IMG/VR virus record: IMGVR_UViG_3300030109_003613 | DNA from: an uncultured virus (IMG/VR IMGVR_UViG_3300030109_003613) | Lineage: Duplodnaviria; Heunggongvirae; Uroviricota; Caudoviricetes | Length of the DNA stretch: 24,255 bases | Reading direction: 5' to 3' (one strand) | In this document: positions 17,968-24,255 of the stretch, in pieces | Layout: every line of letters begins with the position of its first letter | Numbering within the stretch: position 1 is the first letter of the stretch | Translations under genes and position numbers: made by a program | The notes under the pieces: generated by a model | The model's database searches: none | What the model saw: only the letters and a program-made list of their open reading frames with translations | What the model was told of the DNA's origin: nothing

Positions 17968-17975
17968 CAAATTTA
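17968..17975 (-). promoter_or_regulatory. Putative Bacteroidota -7 promoter element (TAAATTTG) before scaffold/MCP operon
   Basis: TATAAATTTG, the same 10-mer as upstream of portal, in a 90-nt intergenic region, 20 nt before ATG 17947. Confidence 0.5.
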
Positions 17976-18037
17976 TAAAATATACAAGTATTTTTTATAC
18001 ATTTTATTTTTTATGTGTGTTGTTTATTATATAACAC

Positions 18038-20515
18038 TTATTTATTTTTATTTTTAATTTTTCTTAGTTTTTTACGTGTTCCTCCCTTTTTAAATTTATA
18101 ATTAGGATTATCTCTAAGCAATTTCAAATATTCATTTTTAGATAAAATTCCTTGTGGGTTTCTAACTTGAGTTCCTTTTGGACCAAATATTGTAGTAATA
18201 TTCGCACCCCTACTTACAAAATTAGGATTAACAATAGATCCTGGAGGTATTTTAGCAAGATCATCTACACTTTTTCCTAGTGTTGTATATACACCTCCAC
18301 CCAGCTCTAGAGGTAAATCAAATTTACCTTTATTCCATTTTCCTACATTTTGAGTATATGGAAATTGAAAATTTAAAGCATCTGTTCTTTTCTTAATTGT
18401 ACTAACACTTTCTGGTCCTACTAAAGGATTTCCTCTACCCATCTTTATTATATAGGGATTTCCTCCTTTATTTCCTCTACCATATAAATTTATTAGATTA
18501 GAGTGATCCCTTGACCCACTACCTAAAATCCAAGATTGATCACTAGTGGTACTTAATACATCAAAAGGGGTTTCTCTTTGTAATTGTGAATATCCTGTAC
18601 GTCTTCCTGTAGTTGGTACTTTTGGTATTGTTGTACCATATTCTGCAGCTTTAGTTACTTCATCTATCTTTGAACCAAATGGAACATCTACCACTCTATA
18701 TAGTGAATGCGGATCTTCTATTAAATCTGTGTTTTTCCCAGAAGGTTTAGACTTAGTAATAATATTTACATTTTTAAAATCAGAAGGTTTTTTTGAAGAA
18801 CCTTTAATCAAGTCTTTTACTTTTTGATAACCTTTTTTAACGAGTCCACCAGGAACAAATGGTAATAGAAGTCCTGCACTATGTAAAGCTGCTTCTCCGT
18901 AATCTCCTGTTGCTACATTTTTAACAACATTTTTAGCATCTATGATTTCTCCTGAAATAGGAGCAAAATTCATAGCACTTATATCATCATCTGATACAGT
19001 TTTAGTCTTGCCTCCTGGTGCTAAACTAAAATGCTCAAGATCTTTGATACCTTGATATATTTTATTTCTAGTACTAGTATCAGTTGGTTTTATAGTACCT
19101 TGTTTACTTTGACTTTCTTGAGATACTTTTAATAAATGAGGCGGTATATTAGCTATAACATTAGGATCAATAGTTACTTTTTCTCCTCCATTTTTATATT
19201 GTAATATATCTTTTGCTTTATACATTCCTCCGTGCTTCATATAAGATTTTCCTACTTCTTCATATTTTTTCTTATAACCCTCTTCAAATGTTTTATCACC
19301 TTGAAATAAAATTTTATTTACATAATTTTTTGATTCATATATAGGTTTATTTGTTTTAGTTCTATGATACTTAGGTAAATCTTTAATCCAATCTAAACCT
19401 GAATATATATCATAGCCATCATCTTTCATTTTATTTAAAGTATTAACTAATTTTGGAGGCCCCATATTATAAGCAGCTAATGCTTTTGCTCGTCTTACAG
19501 TTTCATTTGCAGATTTTTCTTGACTATTCCAAGGTCTATTCATTAGATCTTCCATATACTTTTGCTGTAAATCAATAGATAAATCTGTATTAGTTTTCAA
19601 ATCTTGAAACTTAGCTCCTTCTGGAACCCATCCTCTACCTTGCATATACTCAAAAGTCTGTTCAGTAATTTGAGATAATCCTATTGCGTTAGCAGGACTT
19701 ACTGCTTTTGGATTAAAACTTGACTCAGTAAATAATTGCCTATTTAAAAGACTATCCATTGGAATATTTGATTTATAAGGAATGCCTCTATCTCCATATC
19801 CTTCCTCTTCTTTTTTTATACCTGCATCTTGAGGAGTAGGATGAAGTCCTCCATGTTTTAATTTAACATTTAATCCAGAATCAACAGGTTTTTCAGTAGA
19901 GGTACTATAAACAGTGCCCTCAAACGTAAAAGTCTTTTTCTTATTTTTTTTAGCTTTTGCTTTAGCTTTATAGAATTCATCAAATGGTTTTAAATCATCA
20001 TAATAACCACCTTTTTTATATTGTCCTAAATTTTCTTCAACTGGATCAATTTCTCTTCCAATTGGTAAATTAGTCATACTAGGAGGTGTTGATTGATAAG
20101 ATTGAACTAAACCTCCAGATTTATATACTCTATTAGTACCTCCTATAAGTGCTTCAGTACTATATGGGTCACCTGCTGCCCCTGTACCCCACATTGCTGG
20201 CATATCACTAGCATCTTTGGTAGGATCAATTAATCCAGCTACTCCCATAAAAGGTTTTAAACCTTTACTTGCAAATCCTAATAAATTAGTTGCTTTACTT
20301 ACACCTTTTTTTATTAATCCTTTTACACCCATTGTTTGAGTGAGATCAGCAGCTCCTTCTACATAACCTCCAGTTGCCATTTGTTGAGGTTGTTCTTGCT
20401 GAAGAGATTGCATAAGCTCTTGCTGTTCAGCTTTACGGAATAAATCTGAAACAGATCCTTTATAGTCATTAGCAATTGCTTGCTTTAATATTTCCATATA
20501 CTGACTAGACTCCAT
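18038..20515 (-). CDS. Multidomain putative virion cargo protein: SLT lytic transglycosylase + pre-toxin-TG-like + possible ADP-ribosyltransferase-like domain
   Basis: SLT motifs ESSFNPKAVS, GLSQI, ALAAYNMG, ESKNYV; PT-TG-like FAPISGEIIDA...GDYGEAALHSAGLLLPFVPG; LYR...STT pattern; TAATG overlap with portal stop. Confidence 0.75.
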   Translation of the reverse strand: MESSQYMEILKQAIANDYKGSVSDLFRKAEQQELMQSLQQEQPQQMATGGYVEGAADLTQTMGVKGLIKKGVSKATNLLGFASKGLKPFMGVAGLIDPTKDASDMPAMWGTGAAGDPYSTEALIGGTNRVYKSGGLVQSYQSTPPSMTNLPIGREIDPVEENLGQYKKGGYYDDLKPFDEFYKAKAKAKKNKKKTFTFEGTVYSTSTEKPVDSGLNVKLKHGGLHPTPQDAGIKKEEEGYGDRGIPYKSNIPMDSLLNRQLFTESSFNPKAVSPANAIGLSQITEQTFEYMQGRGWVPEGAKFQDLKTNTDLSIDLQQKYMEDLMNRPWNSQEKSANETVRRAKALAAYNMGPPKLVNTLNKMKDDGYDIYSGLDWIKDLPKYHRTKTNKPIYESKNYVNKILFQGDKTFEEGYKKKYEEVGKSYMKHGGMYKAKDILQYKNGGEKVTIDPNVIANIPPHLLKVSQESQSKQGTIKPTDTSTRNKIYQGIKDLEHFSLAPGGKTKTVSDDDISAMNFAPISGEIIDAKNVVKNVATGDYGEAALHSAGLLLPFVPGGLVKKGYQKVKDLIKGSSKKPSDFKNVNIITKSKPSGKNTDLIEDPHSLYRVVDVPFGSKIDEVTKAAEYGTTIPKVPTTGRRTGYSQLQRETPFDVLSTTSDQSWILGSGSRDHSNLINLYGRGNKGGNPYIIKMGRGNPLVGPESVSTIKKRTDALNFQFPYTQNVGKWNKGKFDLPLELGGGVYTTLGKSVDDLAKIPPGSIVNPNFVSRGANITTIFGPKGTQVRNPQGILSKNEYLKLLRDNPNYKFKKGGTRKKLRKIKNKNK

Positions 20516-22794
20516 TATTTGCTATCAGATTTTTTATTTTTAGCTGCTTTTTCTTTTACTTTTGTTTCTTGTTTTTTATTTGACTCTTGAGCTTTATTAG
20601 ATCTAGTCTTTTCTCTACTCTCACTTTCTTTTATTGACAGTTCTCTTTCTTTAAGATCTAATTCTCTCATACCTTTTTCAAGGTTTAATTGAGCATTACT
20701 ATTATTATCTTGAGCATGAATCATAGCAACTTTGATTTGTGTTTCTCTATCTTTCTCTTTATTCATATCTTCTCTTTCCATTCTATCTTGCTCTTGTTGT
20801 ATCTGTGCTTCTTGAGCCGCCTGTTGAGCCTGTTGCTGTTGTTGCTCTAATTCTTGTTGAGCTTTTTCTGCAGAAGCTATTTTTAATTTAATTTGAGAGA
20901 AACTATCTGAATCAAACATTTCTGCAATTGTTGAAGCAGGTACTCCATTCTGAACCATAGATTGAGAAAGAGCTTTTAAGCTTTCTAGTTTATCTTGATC
21001 TTTACCAGAATCAGATAAAAAGATTCCGTACTCAGACTCCATATGTTCCATACTACTTAAATCTAAAAAGTCTGTTGTACCGTCAGGCATAACATACATA
21101 GATTTTTTACCAGTTAACCATGCTTCTTTAGAATAATCTAATAATGCTTGAAGATCTCTTTGTTCCATTCTATTAAATTTTCTAAATAAATCCTCAGTAA
21201 TATGAGATGATTGTACAATAGCTTGCTGACTTGCAGCTTTACCATCATAACTTCCTATTTGTCCTTGTCTTTGTCTATTTACTCCTGCAAGTTTTTCCCA
21301 TTCCTGCATAATAGATTCTAACAAAGCAATATATTGTTCTATTGTTTTAATAGACATATCCAGCACGGATTGATGCTGTGGGTTGAGTTGTATTCCTTCT
21401 TTGTTGTAATCTACCCAAGCAATACCCGTACCTTCAACGTAATACATGAATTTATCCATATCCCATTTTTTAGGGATCATGTTAATATCAAATTGCGCTA
21501 TAATATCTTTACTTCTTGCAATAGCTAGTTCTAATCGGTATTTATAAATATTGTAATTTAACTGATAAGCAATACCTAAAGAAACTAATGAAATATTTTT
21601 TGTATTTATATCTGAATATCTTCTACCATTTATTGGAAGTTTACATTTAGATGGATTATCTAAAGACATTCTTTGATTAACAATTGGATGCATTTTAACA
21701 TACATTCTACCATCTATTCTTGTTCCTTCCCATACTTCATTTACCCACTTCCATGTAAGTTTAGCACCTTGATCTTTTAATTCTTGTGGCAATCTAAATC
21801 CATCTTCTACTTCCATTTCCTCAATAGCCCCTGTATCTGGATCCATATATGTTACAAACCCAATTCTTTTTCTAGATTTCCAATATACATTTACAACTTC
21901 AATTAATCTGTTTCTAAATGCATTAGGATCTTTACTCATCTTATCTGCATATAAGAAATAAGAATCAGACTCTGAATGTTGAGGATCTTCTAATTCTAAT
22001 ATTTGCTGTTCTGTTAGATATTCATAATATCCATCTATAACTGTAGATGCGTGTACAAATTTTCTAACTAATGCCCAATCTCCGTCTTCTACAAATTCTA
22101 AATCTGGATCAAGATCATAATCTACATCTAAAGGGTTTAAAATTTCTAGAAATGGTTCTTTATTTTTAACTCCCCTCCTTGTATAACATTCTCCTGATAC
22201 TAAAAAATGAAACCACGCTTTTTGCAATTTATCATGCACTTCTGAATTTTGCATAATGTAATTAATAGCATTTTGCCCTTTAATAGCTCTGTTATCTACA
22301 TAACTCATTTCAAATTGCTCAAGAATATGCCCTGGAAGTTGCACATCTTGCATTTCCACTCCAGTTTCCATACCATTCTCTGCCATTTGATTTGCAAATT
22401 GTGCTTGAAGATTTCTCATTATAAGTTCCTTCTTAGCTTCTTCTTTAATAGAAACAGAATCTGCATTTTGTACAGTAACGGTGAAATTGAGAGGCCTTTT
22501 GGCTTTCTCGCCTAGAAGAAGATCGACTATAGGTTTGATTATGGGATAATTACGCATTTGTGAAGGGAAATTCTTACGGGATTTGCCGTAAGGTTTTAGT
22601 ACGTAAGAATAGTCTACCTCGTCAATAACACCGTTGTAATAATCGTACATTCTTTTTAAATCATCCTTGTGGGATGACCCTGAAAAGTTTCCAGAATTAG
22701 AAATATCAATAAAGGCTTCAACGCAAGCCTCTTGCCATTCTTTTGTTTTTTTGCTCTTAGACAATTTCTGCCTAGGTATTTTATTATATCCCAT
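20515..22794 (-). CDS. Portal protein, crAss-like (759 aa from ATG 22794)
   Basis: Position between terminase and capsid genes; crAss-type motifs (PRQKL, NYPIIKPIVDLLLGE, YWKSRKRIG, WVNEVWEG, LPINGR, GVNRQRQG); Q-rich coiled-coil C-terminus. ATG 22794 preferred over the TTG at 22803. Confidence 0.92.
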   Translation of the reverse strand: MGYNKIPRQKLSKSKKTKEWQEACVEAFIDISNSGNFSGSSHKDDLKRMYDYYNGVIDEVDYSYVLKPYGKSRKNFPSQMRNYPIIKPIVDLLLGEKAKRPLNFTVTVQNADSVSIKEEAKKELIMRNLQAQFANQMAENGMETGVEMQDVQLPGHILEQFEMSYVDNRAIKGQNAINYIMQNSEVHDKLQKAWFHFLVSGECYTRRGVKNKEPFLEILNPLDVDYDLDPDLEFVEDGDWALVRKFVHASTVIDGYYEYLTEQQILELEDPQHSESDSYFLYADKMSKDPNAFRNRLIEVVNVYWKSRKRIGFVTYMDPDTGAIEEMEVEDGFRLPQELKDQGAKLTWKWVNEVWEGTRIDGRMYVKMHPIVNQRMSLDNPSKCKLPINGRRYSDINTKNISLVSLGIAYQLNYNIYKYRLELAIARSKDIIAQFDINMIPKKWDMDKFMYYVEGTGIAWVDYNKEGIQLNPQHQSVLDMSIKTIEQYIALLESIMQEWEKLAGVNRQRQGQIGSYDGKAASQQAIVQSSHITEDLFRKFNRMEQRDLQALLDYSKEAWLTGKKSMYVMPDGTTDFLDLSSMEHMESEYGIFLSDSGKDQDKLESLKALSQSMVQNGVPASTIAEMFDSDSFSQIKLKIASAEKAQQELEQQQQQAQQAAQEAQIQQEQDRMEREDMNKEKDRETQIKVAMIHAQDNNSNAQLNLEKGMRELDLKERELSIKESESREKTRSNKAQESNKKQETKVKEKAAKNKKSDSK

Positions 22795-22800
22795 AACTTG

Positions 22801-22808
22801 CAAATTTA
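22801..22808 (-). promoter_or_regulatory. Putative Bacteroidota -7 promoter element (TAAATTTG) before portal
   Basis: Exact TAnnTTTG match in the terminase-portal intergenic region, 6 nt before the ATG at 22794; no clear -33 TTTG seen. Confidence 0.5.
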
Positions 22809-22877
22809 TATAAATTTATAATTTTTTCCTACCTAGTAATATATTTTTACTTATTATTTATAAATATATCACCTCTA

Positions 22878-24255
22878 CTAATGATAGTTTAAATCAAACC
22901 ATTTATCAGATGATCTGTCTTCTAATATATCTTTAACTTCTGCATTATATAATTCCCTGCTGTGATACATTCCAATCATTAATGCCATAACACGGTCAAA
23001 GTTACCTTGTTGATTAAACTTAATTAATTCTGTTAATAATGCTGGATCATATATTTTATGTAAATTTAAAGTTTGTTTTCCATGCTCATCTGTACTTCTT
23101 ACAGTATTAAGCCAATCTCTAATATATATTTCTCCTTGTCTTTTTCTAGCTTCTGTCATATGCATGCCATATTGACGTTTTACTGTCCTACTTCTAAGCT
23201 CTTTTTTATCTAGCATTTCAAATTCTTCTTGAAGTTTATGTAACTTTCTATGTCTTTTTGCGTAAGCTATAACTTCACCACGATCATTCTCAAATCCTAT
23301 TTTACATCCATAATAATCTGCTAGCATAAATAAATTTTTATTATACTCATCTTGAGAATGAGGCCTACCTACATAACTAGCTACAATCATATCATCAGGC
23401 CTAGATAAATTATTAGCTCTTTTTATTACATAAGCTGCTCCTAAAGATGAAGAGTCAGCTGATTGATTTTGTCCATAAGGGTCATGACATAATACATATA
23501 AATTTCTAGGAACCTGTTGTTTTTCATTTTTATAAGGAGCTTCATATATAACTACAGCTCCTGTAATATCATCATCTTTTCTATGAGGAAATTTTATTAT
23601 TTGTCTTTTATCCCCGTCAATTGTAAATAATATTTTACCATCTTGTCCATAATAAAACTTACCTACAGTTCCAATAGATTGTAAATTCCTAGATTTTACA
23701 TTATTATACTGCTCTTGTAAAGATGCCACATCAAATAAATTAGCAGTAACTCTTAATGTTGCTTCTTGAGGAGAAAAAGGGTGCTCAGCTATATATTGGT
23801 CTAATGATTTAGCATCGGCAGCACCTTTTTTCTTTTCCCTCATTTTTTCTTCATATTCAATAGCTTCTTTTTCTAATGAATTACCTTGATCATCTATAAA
23901 TCCATCTAAGTTTTTTTGTATTGGAATAAAGTATCCACACCTAGTTCCCATAGCCCCTTCATCCCATATATTTTCATAATCCATACAATCATATGCTTCT
24001 GGATTATAGAATATCTCCTCCATAGCCTCAAAATCAGCTCCTTCAGTACCACCCGTTCCAAAAGCTATCATCATTCCTAATGTTTTTGCTCCTTGTCTCA
24101 TTGTTGGCATAGTTACCTCCCAAGCTTTTAATAATCCTGGAAAAGATCCTGCCTCTTCAAAAAATATTAATTCTCCTGCTTTACCCCTTACTTTATCTGG
24201 CGCATCTTTTAAACTTACCCCCATTATTTGAGATTTCATCCCCATTTCAATTTCT
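22878..24255 (-). CDS. terL: Terminase large subunit, 5' truncated by window edge
   Basis: Walker B-like LIFFEEAG, FGTGG coupling motif, RNase H-like nuclease motifs (CHDPY...DSSSLGA, FENDRG, FDRVMAL); frame is open from 24245 to the window end (EIEMG), so the true start lies outside; directly upstream of portal. Confidence 0.93.
   Translation of the reverse strand, partial: EIEMGMKSQIMGVSLKDAPDKVRGKAGELIFFEEAGSFPGLLKAWEVTMPTMRQGAKTLGMMIAFGTGGTEGADFEAMEEIFYNPEAYDCMDYENIWDEGAMGTRCGYFIPIQKNLDGFIDDQGNSLEKEAIEYEEKMREKKKGAADAKSLDQYIAEHPFSPQEATLRVTANLFDVASLQEQYNNVKSRNLQSIGTVGKFYYGQDGKILFTIDGDKRQIIKFPHRKDDDITGAVVIYEAPYKNEKQQVPRNLYVLCHDPYGQNQSADSSSLGAAYVIKRANNLSRPDDMIVASYVGRPHSQDEYNKNLFMLADYYGCKIGFENDRGEVIAYAKRHRKLHKLQEEFEMLDKKELRSRTVKRQYGMHMTEARKRQGEIYIRDWLNTVRSTDEHGKQTLNLHKIYDPALLTELIKFNQQGNFDRVMALMIGMYHSRELYNAEVKDILEDRSSDKWFDLNYH

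Noticed and set aside
1122..22515. All plus-strand ORFs in the track (1122, 1529, 2875, 4495, 13294, 15322, 16432, 16785, 17676, 18546, 21334, 22249)
   Set aside because: Antisense shadows of well-supported minus-strand genes, many with non-ATG starts and no recognisable motifs.
22855..22862. T4-type late promoter TATAAATA
   Set aside because: Single match in very AT-rich DNA with no T4-like context.
22869..22880. Stop-codon reassignment (TAG TAG AGG TGA after terminase), known in some crAss-like phages
   Set aside because: All genes are intact under the standard code with near-complete coding density; read-through would add only three residues.
22878..24255. Intein or group I intron in terminase, common in crAss-like phages
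   Set aside because: Visible part is continuous with no splicing or homing-endonuclease motifs; the N-terminal part is outside the window.

Overview
AT-rich, very gene-dense window; every credible gene is on the minus strand. It is the virion-assembly (late) module of a crAss-like (Crassvirales-type) phage, probably infecting an environmental Bacteroidota/Flavobacteriia host. In transcription order (right to left): terminase large subunit (5' truncated), portal, an 825-aa multidomain protein, an acidic scaffold-like protein, major capsid protein, the conserved post-MCP protein, a ring protein, auxiliary capsid protein, a cement-like protein, a Cys-rich tail-hub-like protein, a 1492-aa protein of SprB-like and GCxD...DDGSC repeats, a fibre, a DUF1617-like protein, a spike-base/LamG-fibre pair, and a cluster of envelope genes (outer-membrane beta-barrel, SNase, an unlisted 57-aa ORF, three small membrane proteins, an exported CxxC-less thioredoxin). 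Best candidates for new biology: (1) the portal-coupled 825-aa protein, whose lytic transglycosylase, pre-toxin-TG-like and ADP-ribosyltransferase-like modules are delimited by a recurring [MYFL]-[KA]-x-G-G motif, possibly a processed injected effector polyprotein; (2) the phage-encoded trans-envelope cassette; (3) a shared ~29-nt leader in front of the three capsid-shell genes. All family calls come from motif recognition by eye; no searches were run.
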